Both the position numbers and the translations under genes were made by a program. This document shows positions 9,744 to 19,551 of a stretch of DNA of 64,000 bases, one piece after another. The DNA comes from Propionibacteriales bacterium. GTDB taxonomy: Bacteria; Actinomycetota; Actinomycetes; Propionibacteriales; Nocardioidaceae. How positions within the stretch are numbered: the stretch's first letter is position 1; each line of letters begins with the position of its first letter. The notes under the pieces are model-generated. The model worked only from the letters and a program-made list of their open reading frames with translations, did not search any database and was not told where the DNA came from. The DNA is taken from contig JBBRYJ010000003.1 of the NCBI GenBank assembly GCA_038237745.1, positions 67,426 through 131,425 on the forward strand. The letters run 5' to 3'.

Positions 9744-9825
9744 GGACCAGGTCGCAGCGGGAGTAGCGGTGCCCATGATGGCGGGCACTGGATCTGCCTC
9801 GCCCCGTATTTGGGAGTCTTGCGGC

Positions 9826-10170
9826 GTGGCCACTCTTGCTGACGTGCGGGCCGTCGTCTCGTCACTGCCACGCACGACGGAGAAACCGTCCTACGGGACA
9901 CCGGGGTTCCGCGTGGCCGACAAGCTGTTCGCGCGTGTTCGTGACGACGGCTCATTGATGGCCTACGTGGGCACCGAGTCCGAGAAGGTCGCGCTGATCG
10001 CTGCCGAGCCGGACGTCTTCTTCACGACTCCCCACTACGACGGGTACGCAGTCGTGCTGGTACGGCTGGACGCGATCGCCGACGACGAGCTCGAGGAGGT
10101 GCTCACCGATGCATGGCTGGCGCGGGCACCGAAGCAGCTGAGGGCCGAGTGGGAGAGTACGGACCGCTGA
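9826..10170 (+). CDS. YjbR/MmcQ-family protein
   Basis: ORF 9742..10170 trimmed to GTG 9826, with GGGAG about 10 nt upstream. About 114 aa; the segment KPSYGTPGFRVADKLFARV is family-like. Confidence 0.6.
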   Translation: MATLADVRAVVSSLPRTTEKPSYGTPGFRVADKLFARVRDDGSLMAYVGTESEKVALIAAEPDVFFTTPHYDGYAVVLVRLDAIADDELEEVLTDAWLARAPKQLRAEWESTDR

Positions 10171-10258
10171 CGCCGTGATCGACGAGCGGATCGATGGATA
10201 CAGTTGCCGCGTCACGGTGCCGGCCTTCGGGCGGCGGTCATCGAAAGGAGCACGTCTC

Positions 10259-11854
10259 GTGTCTGAAGTTCAGGTCAACGCCGAGAAGGTGGCCCGCCAA
10301 GACGAGATCCTGAGTGAGGGCGCCCTCGCGTTCGTGGCGGACCTGCAGCAGAGGTTCGGTGGTCGTCGCGACGAGCTGATGGCCGCTCGGAGCGTTCGGC
10401 GCGAGCAGATCCGCAAGACGGGCACGCTGAGCTTCCTGGACGATACTCGCGATGTGCGCGAGTCGGAGTGGACGGTCGCCCCGGCCCCTGTAGCGCTGCA
10501 GGACCGCAGGGTCGAGATCACCGGGCCGACTGAGCCGAAGATGGCAGTCAACGCGCTGAACTCGGGCGCCCGTGTCTGGCTCGCCGACCTCGAGGACGCC
10601 AACACGCCTCACTGGCGCAACGTCATCGAGGGTCAGGCCGCACTCTACGACGCCCATCGTGGTCGGCTCGAGTTCACCTCGGCAGAAGGCAAGGAGTACC
10701 ACCTGAACGAGGGTGACCTCGCCGTCCCCGTCGTGCGCACGCGCGGGTGGCACTTCGACGAAAAGCACGTACTCGTCGACGGGCGGCCTGTGGTAGCCGC
10801 GCTGCTGGACTTCGGCCTGCACTTCTTCCACAACGCCGAGGAGCTCCTCTCCAGAGGGCTGGGCCCGTACTACTACCTCCCGAAGATGGAGAGCCACCAG
10901 GAGGCGAGGTTGTGGAACGATGTGTTCACCCACTCGCAGTCCGTCCTCGGGCTGCCCCACGGCAGTATCCGCGCCACGGTGCTGATCGAGACCATCACCG
11001 CTGCCTTCGAGATGGACGAGATCCTGTACGAGCTCCGGGAGCACGCGTCGGGGCTCAATGCGGGCCGTTGGGACTATCTCTTCAGCCTGATCAAGAACTT
11101 CCGCGACGGCGGCCCGGACTTCGTGCTGCCCGACCGCAACGTGGTCACCATGACCGCACCGATGATGCGCGCGTACAGCGAGCTGCTGGTGCAGACATGT
11201 CATCGGCGGGGCGCGTTCGCGATGGGCGGCATGGCGGCATTCATCCCCAGCCGCCGCGACCCCGACGTCAATGCGACGGCTTTGGAGAAGGTGCGCGCCG
11301 ACAAGGAGCGTGAGGCGGGTGACGGCTACGACGGTTCCTGGGTCGCGCATCCCGACCTGGTGCCCATCTGCATGGAAGTGTTCGACGGCGTACTCGGGGA
11401 CAGGCCCAACCAGCTCGACCGCCAACGACCGGAGGTGCAGGTCGACGCGGCTCAGCTGCTCGACGTGGCGGCGACCCCGGGAGCGGTGACGGCCGAGGGG
11501 GTGCGCGGTAACGTGTCCGTGGCGATCCGCTACATCGTTTCGTGGCTCGGTGGCATGGGGGCAGCTGCCATCGACAACCTGATGGAGGACGCTGCGACGG
11601 CGGAGATCTCGCGCAGCCAGCTGTGGCAGTGGACCCACACCGGCACGCCTCTGGAGGACGGTACTCCGCTCACCGCCGACTATGTGCGAGCCATCGTCGA
11701 GGACGTCTCGAACGGCCTGCGGGAGGCGGCTGACGGCGACGAGGCTCTGCTCGAACGGATCGACCAGGCCCGCAGCCTTTTCGAGGAGGTCTCGCTCGAC
11801 GACGAGTTCGTCGACTTCCTGACCCTTCCCGCGTACGAGTCGTACGTCGCCTGA
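10259..11854 (+). CDS. aceB: Malate synthase A
   Basis: ORF trimmed to GTG 10259, preceded by AAAGGAG. Motifs RATVLIETI and GLNAGRWDYLFS and a length of about 531 aa fit the A-type enzyme. Confidence 0.9.
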   Translation: MSEVQVNAEKVARQDEILSEGALAFVADLQQRFGGRRDELMAARSVRREQIRKTGTLSFLDDTRDVRESEWTVAPAPVALQDRRVEITGPTEPKMAVNALNSGARVWLADLEDANTPHWRNVIEGQAALYDAHRGRLEFTSAEGKEYHLNEGDLAVPVVRTRGWHFDEKHVLVDGRPVVAALLDFGLHFFHNAEELLSRGLGPYYYLPKMESHQEARLWNDVFTHSQSVLGLPHGSIRATVLIETITAAFEMDEILYELREHASGLNAGRWDYLFSLIKNFRDGGPDFVLPDRNVVTMTAPMMRAYSELLVQTCHRRGAFAMGGMAAFIPSRRDPDVNATALEKVRADKEREAGDGYDGSWVAHPDLVPICMEVFDGVLGDRPNQLDRQRPEVQVDAAQLLDVAATPGAVTAEGVRGNVSVAIRYIVSWLGGMGAAAIDNLMEDAATAEISRSQLWQWTHTGTPLEDGTPLTADYVRAIVEDVSNGLREAADGDEALLERIDQARSLFEEVSLDDEFVDFLTLPAYESYVA

Positions 11855-11868
11855 CTCTCCCGCCGAGC

Positions 11869-11907
11869 GGGCGGGAATGCCCCGTTGGGCGGGCGGGAAT
11901 GCCCCGT
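11869..11907. repeat. Tandem direct repeat, two copies of gggcgggaatgccccgt with a 22-nt period
   Basis: Identical 17-mers at 11869..11885 and 11891..11907, in the 57-nt gap between the convergent aceB and methyltransferase genes. Confidence 0.9.
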
Positions 11908-11911
11908 CAGA

Positions 11912-12739
11912 TCAGGCCGGTTTGACGGCTTGAAGCGTGTAGGTGTGGGGAAGACGCCAGGGCCGGTCGGTCAGCTGCCATTCACCGTTGCCGAGAGGCG
12001 TCATCTGTCCGGGCAGTGCGTTCCATGGCACGCTCTGATGCTCCACCAAGCCGGTAACGCCCAGTCCAACGTCGAGGAGCGAGCTGATCACCTCCGCCAA
12101 GCCGTGGTTCCACTCGTGAGTGAGGTTCTCGGTGAACGTCACGTCGGTGTCGACGTAGGTACCTGCCTCGTTCCACACCGTCGGCTCCTCGCGTTCGAAG
12201 TAGGGGAACTCAAGAGTCAGGAGCCCGTCCGGCCGAGGGTCGTGGAGAGCCCACAGCACCGGGTGACCCTCCCGGAGGAACAACCGACCGCCAGGTCTCA
12301 GCAGAGATGACACGACCTCCGCCCATCGGCTCACGCTCGGCAACCAGCACAGGGCCCCCACACCTGTATAGACCAGGTCGAAGGACGCCGGTCCGAGAAC
12401 GCCCAGCGCGTCGTAGACGTCCGCCTCGTGGTAGTCGATCCGAGCGTTGACGCGCGAGGCGAGTGCCATCGCTTGTGCCAGGGAGGCGGGCGAGAAGTCG
12501 AGCCCCGTCATGTCCGCGCCCAAGCGGGCCAGCGACAGGGTGTCGGTCCCGATGTGGCACTGAAGATGTACCCCTCGAAGCCCCGCTACAGCCCCCAGGA
12601 GTGACCTGTCGAACGTCACCACGTCGCTCAGATGGCTGGGATCCTCGATGAAGCGGCTCACCGCATAGTCGTCAGAGGCTGCGTGAGCGGGCGCACGCTC
12701 GTCCCAGTTCGCCTTGTTCACTGCTCGGTAGTCCTGCAC
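11912..12739 (-). CDS. Class I SAM-dependent methyltransferase
   Basis: ORF trimmed to GTG 12739, with GGAAGGA 8 nt upstream. Contains LQCHIGTDTLSLARLG and DLVYTGVGALCWL. Confidence 0.8.
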   Translation of the reverse strand: MQDYRAVNKANWDERAPAHAASDDYAVSRFIEDPSHLSDVVTFDRSLLGAVAGLRGVHLQCHIGTDTLSLARLGADMTGLDFSPASLAQAMALASRVNARIDYHEADVYDALGVLGPASFDLVYTGVGALCWLPSVSRWAEVVSSLLRPGGRLFLREGHPVLWALHDPRPDGLLTLEFPYFEREEPTVWNEAGTYVDTDVTFTENLTHEWNHGLAEVISSLLDVGLGVTGLVEHQSVPWNALPGQMTPLGNGEWQLTDRPWRLPHTYTLQAVKPA

Positions 12740-12888
12740 GACCTGTCCTTCCGGTATCGCCGCGATTTGCGTCCTCTTGCCGGAGCGTTTGCGCCCTTTC
12801 GGCGGTGGCGCGGCCCAAGGTATCTGGCGCCGCTTCGTCGCCGTGAGTGGCACAGTGGGTCTCCCACCACTGCCCAGGAAGGTGATCC

Positions 12889-13290
12889 ATGCCCAGTGAG
12901 GCACTGCCAGAGGGGGTTCAGGAGCTGTTGCGCCAGCCCAACCCCGCCGTCATAGCCACGCTGCGATCCGATGGCCAGCCGGTATCGGTCGCCACGTGGT
13001 ACCTGTTCGAGAACGGCCGGATCCTGCTGAACATGGACGAGAGCCGCAAGCGTATCGACCATCTGCGACGTGACGCTCGGGTCAGCCTGACGGCTCTGAA
13101 AGAGGGCGACTGGTACACGCACGTCAGTGTGCAGGGGCGGGTCGTCGAGTGGGTGGACGACGTCGACCTGACGGATATCGACCGGCTGTCGACCCACTAC
13201 CTGGGCCACGCATACTCCAACCGCAGCCAGAGCCGGGTAAGTGTGTGGATCGAGATCGACACCTGGCACGGCTGGGGCGCAGCAGGGTAG
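12889..13290 (+). CDS. PPOX-class (pyridoxamine 5'-phosphate oxidase-like) probable F420-dependent enzyme
   Basis: 133 aa. The stretch NPAVIATLRSDGQPVSVATWY...NMDESRKRIDHLRRDARVSL is typical of the TIGR03618-like family. Confidence 0.75.
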   Translation: MPSEALPEGVQELLRQPNPAVIATLRSDGQPVSVATWYLFENGRILLNMDESRKRIDHLRRDARVSLTALKEGDWYTHVSVQGRVVEWVDDVDLTDIDRLSTHYLGHAYSNRSQSRVSVWIEIDTWHGWGAAG

Positions 13291-13304
13291 GAGCGCGCGA
13301 AGGT

Positions 13305-13967
13305 TCAGCCCGGACCCTCGACGCGAAGAATTGCGTCGAGGTCGTCTTGGAGATCCTCGAGGGAGTCGTAGACCTTCCGAGCTCCCGCAGACTCCAGCTC
13401 CTCCACCGAGAAGCCGCCGGTACGCAGAGCGTAGGTCTCCAGCCCGGCCCGTTCGGCTGCCTTCGCGTCCCACACCGAGTCACCGATCATGACGGCGTTA
13501 GCGGTGTCCAGCCTGCCCATGGCTGTCTGGATGAGATCGGGCGCGGGCTTGGTCTGCTCAGCGTCTTCGGAGGTCGTCCAGGCCTCCGCGAGCTCTCTAC
13601 CGTTGACCAGGCCCAAGTAGTGCTCGACGTGCTCGCGCTGACCGGAGCTTGCGAGCACCAGGCTCACGCGGCGGCGTCGTACCTCCTCCAGCAGAGCCTG
13701 CGCCCCGGCGAGGGGTTGTACCTCTTCGAGGTAGGGAGCGAACTCTTCGGACCAGGCTGAGCGCAGGTCGTCGCCGAGGCGGCGCTCGACGTCGTCGCCG
13801 GCTATCGCCTGCACCAGCTTGTCGCCTCCCATCCCGACAGCCCGATGGATGCGCCAGATCGGCGGCGTGACGTCGTAGCGCCTGAATGCGCGAAACCACG
13901 CGAGCGCATGCTGGTAGTTGCTGTCGACGAGCGTGCCGTCGACGTCGAATACCACTGCTTCGATCAT
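13305..13967 (-). CDS. HAD-superfamily hydrolase
   Basis: ORF trimmed to ATG 13967 (MIEAVVFDVDGTLVDS, motif I). Motif IV is GDSVWDAKAA. Confidence 0.85.
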   Translation of the reverse strand: MIEAVVFDVDGTLVDSNYQHALAWFRAFRRYDVTPPIWRIHRAVGMGGDKLVQAIAGDDVERRLGDDLRSAWSEEFAPYLEEVQPLAGAQALLEEVRRRRVSLVLASSGQREHVEHYLGLVNGRELAEAWTTSEDAEQTKPAPDLIQTAMGRLDTANAVMIGDSVWDAKAAERAGLETYALRTGGFSVEELESAGARKVYDSLEDLQDDLDAILRVEGPG

Positions 13968-14122
13968 TGTGCTTCTCCTCGGTGTGGATGACCTGGAAGT
14001 GTCTCGGCGGTGCGGGGAAACGTGCCGTGCTTGACTGGACGCGGTCGAGAGCGCAGCGACCAAGAGTCACTACCCACTCGGTGAGGGCTCGAACCGGGCT
14101 TCACGCGTCGAGAGGGGTCCTA

Positions 14123-15211
14123 GTGTCCGTGACGGACAGGCTTGACCGCTTCCAGCGTCGTCATCCGGGGGCCTCATTCCCTCTTGCTGTGGTCTACAAG
14201 TTCGGTGACGACCAAGGCAACTATCTGGCGGCTCTCATCACGTACTACGCATTCCTGGCGACGATCCCGCTGCTGCTGCTGGCCTCGTCGATCCTCGGCT
14301 TCGTGCTGTCGGGCCATCCTGACCTGAGAAAGACCATCCTTGACTCGGCACTGGCCCAGTTCCCGGTCATCGGAGACCAGCTCGGTAGCCCCGCCGGTCT
14401 GCAGGGTAGTGGCACGACTGTCGTCATCGGCGTCCTGGGTTCGCTGTACGGCGCACTCGGCGTTGCCCAGGCCACGCAGAATGCCATGAACGTCTGCTGG
14501 GGGGTGCCTCGCAACAGGCGCCCGAACCCTTTCGCGGCGCGGGGTCGGAGTCTCATCCTGTTGGTCACAGCCGGCCTCGGCCTTCTCGGCACAACCTTCC
14601 TGACAACGCTCGGTAGCAGGATCGACGCGCTGCACACGGAGATAGGTCCCGGGTTGCAGCTGCTCCGCAGCCTCGGTGTCGTCGCAGTGAACGCAGGCGT
14701 CTTCATCCTCCTCTTCCGGCTGGCGACGACACACAGGCACTCGCTGAAGCGGTCTGTACCGGGCGCCGTCTTCGCCGCTGTCAGCTGGCAGCTACTCCAG
14801 CTGGTCATCCCGACATACGTCGACCATGTGATCAAGAACGCGACGAGCATCAACAGCGTCTTCGCGGTCCTACTCGGACTGATCGCCTGGATCTATCTGG
14901 GTGCTCTGCTTGTGGTGTTCGGCGTCGAGATGAACGTCGTGAAGGCGCATCGGCTCTATCCCAGGGCGCTGATGACTCCCTTCACCGACAATGTCGACCT
15001 GACGCCCGGCGACCAGCGCGCCTACTCCGACTATGCAGAAGCGACCCGCAGCAAGGACTTCGAGTCGGTCGAGGTGTCGTTCGAGTACGACGGGCAGTAC
15101 GCCACTGCGAAGCGCCAGGTGAAGGACTCCCCGGGTCGCGACAGCGACGCCGAGCCCGCGTCGACGAAGGACACCGAGACGCGCACCGAGAAGCCGCACA
15201 AGCACTACTAA
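14123..15211 (+). CDS. YihY/BrkB-family membrane protein
   Basis: ORF trimmed to GTG 14123. Has the family-typical N-terminus (GNYLAALITYYAFLATIPLLLL) and multiple TM helices. Confidence 0.8.
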   Translation: MSVTDRLDRFQRRHPGASFPLAVVYKFGDDQGNYLAALITYYAFLATIPLLLLASSILGFVLSGHPDLRKTILDSALAQFPVIGDQLGSPAGLQGSGTTVVIGVLGSLYGALGVAQATQNAMNVCWGVPRNRRPNPFAARGRSLILLVTAGLGLLGTTFLTTLGSRIDALHTEIGPGLQLLRSLGVVAVNAGVFILLFRLATTHRHSLKRSVPGAVFAAVSWQLLQLVIPTYVDHVIKNATSINSVFAVLLGLIAWIYLGALLVVFGVEMNVVKAHRLYPRALMTPFTDNVDLTPGDQRAYSDYAEATRSKDFESVEVSFEYDGQYATAKRQVKDSPGRDSDAEPASTKDTETRTEKPHKHY

Positions 15212-15234
15212 GCCAAGGCCGCCTCGCCTCCCAG

Positions 15235-15257
15235 CGACCGGACACGGTCTCCGGTCG
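15235..15257. terminator. Hairpin between the convergent yihY-like and glpD genes
   Basis: CGACCGGA (15235..15242) pairs with TCCGGTCG (15250..15257), an 8-bp stem with a 7-nt loop. No U-tract. Confidence 0.45.
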
Positions 15258-15295
15258 GGTGGAAGGTGTCCGGTCGGGTTGGGGCCCGTGAGGCG

Positions 15296-17017
15296 TCAGT
15301 CGAGGGCGCGACCTACGGCGACCGCGCGCGTGTCAGGTGCCGCTATTCGGGCGGCGTCGGCAGCCAGGTCGTCGTCCTGCAGCTGTGAGCGCCGCTCGGC
15401 CTCGACCCTGGCGGAGTACGCCTGGACCTCGTTGGCGATGCGCTCCTCGTCCCAGCCGAGCGGCGGGGCGACGAGACGGGCGGCGGCCTCGGCAGAGGCG
15501 GTGCCCCGGTCGGGCGTCTCGATCGAGATCCGGGTGCGACGGGCGAGCACGTCGTCGAGGTGCAGGGCCCCTTCGTGAGTGGCGGCGTACGCGATCTCGG
15601 CTCTCAAATACTCCTCTGCCCCCTCGAGTGGCTCGAGCAGGGAGGCGTCGTTGGCGGTCATGGCGAGCACCTCCTCGGTGAGCGAGCCGTAGCGGTCCAG
15701 AAGGCGTCGCATCCGCCACACCGGAAGACCGTGCAAGCCGGCCACCTTCTCGAGCTGGTTCACCATCGCGTGGTACCCCTCCGCGCCGGTGAGCGGGATG
15801 TGCTGGGTGACGCTCGACGGTGCTCCAGAGGAGACGTCCTCGAGAGCCGCGTCGATGGCGTCCTTCGCCATCACCCGGTAGGTGGTGTACTTGCCGCCGG
15901 CGATCGAGATGAGCCCAGGCTGGGGCCGCGCCACAGCGTGCTCGCGCGACAACTGGGACGTCGACTCGTTCTCTCCCGACAGCAGCGGCCGGAGACCCGC
16001 GTAGACGCCCTGGATGTCGTCGTGCGTGAGCGGAACTGCCAGCACCGTGTTGACGTGGTCGAGGATGTACTCGATGTCGGCGCGGCTGGCAGCCGGATGG
16101 GCCTTGTGAAGGGTCCAGTCGGTATCGGTGGTGCCCACGATCCAGTGGGTGTTCCACGGGATCACGAAGAGCACGGACTTCTCGGTCCGCAGGATCATGC
16201 CGGTCTCGGAGTTGATCCGGTCGCGGGGTACGACGATGTGCACACCCTTCGACGCACGGACGTGGAATCGCCCGCGCCCTCCGGCGAGGGTCTGGATGTC
16301 GTCGGTCCACACGCCGGTGCAGTTGACGACGACCGAAGCCTTGACGTCGACCTCGTCCCCCGTCTCGACGTCACGGACCCGGGCCCCCACCACTCGCTCA
16401 CCGGCGTGGTTGAGCTTCACCACCTCGGCCGAGCTGAGCACGGTCGCGCCGTAGGTGGCAGCGGTGCGGGCCACCATCAAGGTGTGCCTGGCGTCGTCGG
16501 CCTGCGCGTCGTAGTACATGAGCGCGCCGGTCAGGGCGGTCCTCTTGAGTCCCGGCGCCTTGCGAAGGGCGCCGCCCCGGGTGAAGTGCCGGTGGTGAGG
16601 GACGGAGCGGTTCGTGCCGCTCATCAGGTCGTAGAGCGTCATGCCCGCACCTACGTACGGCCGCTCCCAGAACCGGTGCCGAAGCGGGTAGAGGAACGAT
16701 ACGGGCTTCACGAGATGGGGCGCGATCCTGGTGAGCATCAGCTCCCGCTCGTGCAGCGCCTCGCGCACGAGGCCGAAGTTGAGCTGCTCCAGGTAGCGCA
16801 GACCACCATGGAACAGCTTCGAGGAGCGAGACGACGTACCGGAGGCGAAGTCACGTGCCTCGACCATCGCCACCGAGAGACCGCGGGTCGCCGCGTCGAG
16901 CGCCGCACCGCTCCCGGTGACGCCTCCCCCGACGACGAGAACGTCGAACTCGGTCGAGCCCAGCGCCTGCCACGACGAGGCTCGGTTGTCGGTATCGAGA
17001 CGTGCGGGAGAGGGCAT
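15296..17017 (-). CDS. glpD: FAD-dependent glycerol-3-phosphate dehydrogenase
   Basis: ORF trimmed to ATG 17017. Contains the dinucleotide fold VLVVGGGVTGSGAA. Lies divergent to glpF-glpK. Confidence 0.92.
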   Translation of the reverse strand: MPSPARLDTDNRASSWQALGSTEFDVLVVGGGVTGSGAALDAATRGLSVAMVEARDFASGTSSRSSKLFHGGLRYLEQLNFGLVREALHERELMLTRIAPHLVKPVSFLYPLRHRFWERPYVGAGMTLYDLMSGTNRSVPHHRHFTRGGALRKAPGLKRTALTGALMYYDAQADDARHTLMVARTAATYGATVLSSAEVVKLNHAGERVVGARVRDVETGDEVDVKASVVVNCTGVWTDDIQTLAGGRGRFHVRASKGVHIVVPRDRINSETGMILRTEKSVLFVIPWNTHWIVGTTDTDWTLHKAHPAASRADIEYILDHVNTVLAVPLTHDDIQGVYAGLRPLLSGENESTSQLSREHAVARPQPGLISIAGGKYTTYRVMAKDAIDAALEDVSSGAPSSVTQHIPLTGAEGYHAMVNQLEKVAGLHGLPVWRMRRLLDRYGSLTEEVLAMTANDASLLEPLEGAEEYLRAEIAYAATHEGALHLDDVLARRTRISIETPDRGTASAEAAARLVAPPLGWDEERIANEVQAYSARVEAERRSQLQDDDLAADAARIAAPDTRAVAVGRALD

Positions 17018-17170
17018 GTGGATGAGCCTTTCGTTACGTACGCCGAGGCGTCTGGAACCGTGGCGTGCACTTGTTGACCGCACTTACCAGCGGCCCTAGT
17101 GTTCAGCACGATAGCGACACTTCCGCCGTCGGGTCCGTCTCGACCGCACGAAGCCTGGGAGGGCCAAGCT

Positions 17171-17890
17171 GTGAGTTTCGGAGATATCTTCCTCAGCGAG
17201 ACGATGGGCTCGGCGATGCTGCTGCTCCTCGGATGCGGTGTCGTCGCCAACGCCGTTCTCGTCAAGACGAACGGGTTCAACGGCGGGTTCCTGATGATCA
17301 ACTTCGGCTGGGGACTTGCCGTCTTCATGGGCGTCTATGTCGGCTACAAGAGTGGCGCCCACCTCAACCCTGCTGTGACTGTCGGTCTGCTCGCCTCCGG
17401 CGCCGACCTCGGCGGCTTCGGAAACGTCATCGCCTACTTCCTCGGTGAGGCGGTCGGGGCCTTCATCGGCGCGGCGCTGGCGTGGGCTGCCTACAGAGAC
17501 CACTTCGACGACCCGGAGACCGAGGTCCCGAACAAGCTGGGCGTGTTCTCCACCGGGCCCGGAATCGCCAACCCAGCATGGAACGTGATCACGGAGGTGA
17601 TCGGCACTTTCGTCCTCGTCTTCACGATCCTGTCGTTCGCCCACACCCCTAGCCAGCTCGGGCCACTCGCTGTGGCGCTTGTCGTGGTTGGGATCGGTGC
17701 CTCCCTCGGTGGGCCGACGGGGTATGCCATCAACCCGACACGTGACCTGATGCCGCGCATCGCCCACGCGGTGCTGCCCATCAAGAACAAGGGCACCAGC
17801 AACTGGGGCTACGCCTGGGTGCCTGTCGTGGGCCCACTCATCGGCGGAGCCATCGCAGGCCTGCTTGCCAATGCCGTCAATTTCGTCTGA
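17171..17890 (+). CDS. glpF: Aquaglyceroporin (glycerol uptake facilitator)
   Basis: ORF trimmed to GTG 17171. Two NPA boxes (HLNPAVT, AINPTRD). Confidence 0.9.
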   Translation: MSFGDIFLSETMGSAMLLLLGCGVVANAVLVKTNGFNGGFLMINFGWGLAVFMGVYVGYKSGAHLNPAVTVGLLASGADLGGFGNVIAYFLGEAVGAFIGAALAWAAYRDHFDDPETEVPNKLGVFSTGPGIANPAWNVITEVIGTFVLVFTILSFAHTPSQLGPLAVALVVVGIGASLGGPTGYAINPTRDLMPRIAHAVLPIKNKGTSNWGYAWVPVVGPLIGGAIAGLLANAVNFV

Positions 17891-17908
17891 TCGGAGCTGT
17901 CCCAAGCC

Positions 17909-19423
17909 ATGACCCAGTACATCGCCTCAATCGACCAGGGCACCACCAGCACGCGGTGCATCATCTTCGATCACTCGGGATCGATCGTCTCCAGCAGCCA
18001 GAAGGAGCATGAGCAGATCTTTCCTCGCGCAGGATGGGTCGAGCACGACGGTAAGGAGATTTGGGACAACACCCTCGAAGTCGTCGAGGCCGCGCTCAAG
18101 GACGCCTCGCTCGAGGCATCGGACATCGACGCGATCGGCATCACCAACCAGCGCGAGACGGCGATGGTCTGGGACAAGACGACCGGTGAGCCGGTCTACA
18201 ACGCCATCGTGTGGCAGGACACCCGTACCCAGGCGATCTGCGACGAGCTTGCGGCCCTCGGCGGCGATGCCGACCGCTACAAGGCCAAGGTAGGACTGCC
18301 GCTGGCGACGTACTTCTCCGGGCCGAAGGTCCGCTGGATCCTGGACAATGTCGACGGCGCGCGCGACAAGGCAGAGGCGGGCGACCTGCTGTTCGGCAAC
18401 ACGGACGCCTGGCTCGTCTGGAACCTGACCGGCGGTGTGGACGGCGGCGTTCACATCACCGACGTGACCAACGCCAGCCGTACCATGCTGATGGACCTCT
18501 CCTCTCTGTCATGGGACTCCGAGATCGCCGGCGAGATGAAGATCCCGGTCTCGATGCTCCCGGAGATCAAGTCCTCGTCGGAGGTGTATGGCGAGTGCAA
18601 GGTCGGGGTGCTCTCGGGCAAGCCCGTCGCCGGGATCCTCGGCGACCAGCAGGCAGCCACGTTCGGCCAGGCGTGCCTCGAGGTCGGTACGGCCAAGAAC
18701 ACCTACGGCACCGGCAACTTCATGCTGCTCAACACCGGAGAGGAGCAGGTGCCGAGCGAGAACGGCCTGCTCACGACCGTGTGCTACAAGATCGGTGACA
18801 AGAAGCCGATCTACGCACTCGAAGGCTCGATCGCCGTCAGTGGGTCGCTGGTCCAGTGGATGCGCGACAACCTCGGCATCATCTCGTCGGCTCCGGAGAT
18901 CGAGGATCTCGCGAAGACGGTGGATGACAACGGTGGTGCGTACTTCGTTCCGGCGTTCTCCGGCCTCTTCGCCCCGCACTGGCGCTCAGACGCCCGCGGC
19001 GCCCTGGTGGGCCTGACGCGGTACGTCAACAAGGGCCACCTCGCCAGGGCGGTCCTGGAGGCGACCGCCTTCCAGTCGAAGGAGGTCCTCGACGCCATGA
19101 ACGCCGACTCCGGTGTGCCCTTGAAGGAGCTGCGGGTGGACGGCGGCATGGTGCAGAACGAGACGCTCATGCAGTTCCAGGCCGACATCCTCAATGTCGA
19201 CGTGGTCCGACCCAAGGTGGCGGAGACCACGGCACTCGGTGCGGCGTACGCCGCCGGACTCGCGGTCGGCTTCTGGGAGGGCGAGGACGACATCCGGCAG
19301 AACTGGGGCGAGGACAAGCGCTGGACTCCGTCGATGGACGACGACGAGCGGGACCGGCAGTACCGCAACTGGAAGAAGGCTGTCACGAAGACCCTTGACT
19401 GGGTCGATGAGGACGTCAGCTGA
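17909..19423 (+). CDS. glpK: Glycerol kinase
   Basis: 504 aa with a FGGY-family N-terminus ([17 protein letters not shown]). Synteny with glpF. Confidence 0.95.
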   Translation: MTQYIASIDQGTTSTRCIIFDHSGSIVSSSQKEHEQIFPRAGWVEHDGKEIWDNTLEVVEAALKDASLEASDIDAIGITNQRETAMVWDKTTGEPVYNAIVWQDTRTQAICDELAALGGDADRYKAKVGLPLATYFSGPKVRWILDNVDGARDKAEAGDLLFGNTDAWLVWNLTGGVDGGVHITDVTNASRTMLMDLSSLSWDSEIAGEMKIPVSMLPEIKSSSEVYGECKVGVLSGKPVAGILGDQQAATFGQACLEVGTAKNTYGTGNFMLLNTGEEQVPSENGLLTTVCYKIGDKKPIYALEGSIAVSGSLVQWMRDNLGIISSAPEIEDLAKTVDDNGGAYFVPAFSGLFAPHWRSDARGALVGLTRYVNKGHLARAVLEATAFQSKEVLDAMNADSGVPLKELRVDGGMVQNETLMQFQADILNVDVVRPKVAETTALGAAYAAGLAVGFWEGEDDIRQNWGEDKRWTPSMDDDERDRQYRNWKKAVTKTLDWVDEDVS

Positions 19424-19444
19424 CCTGTCTTCACCAGCTCGCAA

Positions 19445-19488
19445 ATGGCTGGGGCTCCGCTCGGACTGACGGGCGGAGCCCCAGCCAT
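19445..19488 (+). terminator. Strong hairpin after glpK
   Basis: Perfect 16-bp inverted repeat: ATGGCTGGGGCTCCGC (19445..19460) and GCGGAGCCCCAGCCAT (19473..19488), with a 12-nt loop. No U-tract, which I believe is common for GC-rich actinobacterial terminators. Confidence 0.7.
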
Positions 19489-19551
19489 CGCTGTCGAACG
19501 GACCCGCGAGCCGCACCGGCTCATCCGCATCACCGCTGAAGGGACAGCCGC

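Noticed and set aside
10238-11638. 466-aa minus-strand ORF opposite malate synthase
   Set aside because: The + strand encodes an unmistakable malate synthase A. The minus ORF has no motifs and the skewed composition typical of high-GC antisense frames.
15560-17077. 505-aa + strand ORF (and 15333..16310 -) overlapping glpD
   Set aside because: The glpD frame carries the FAD fold and family motifs. The alternatives are Arg/Gly/Pro-rich shadows.
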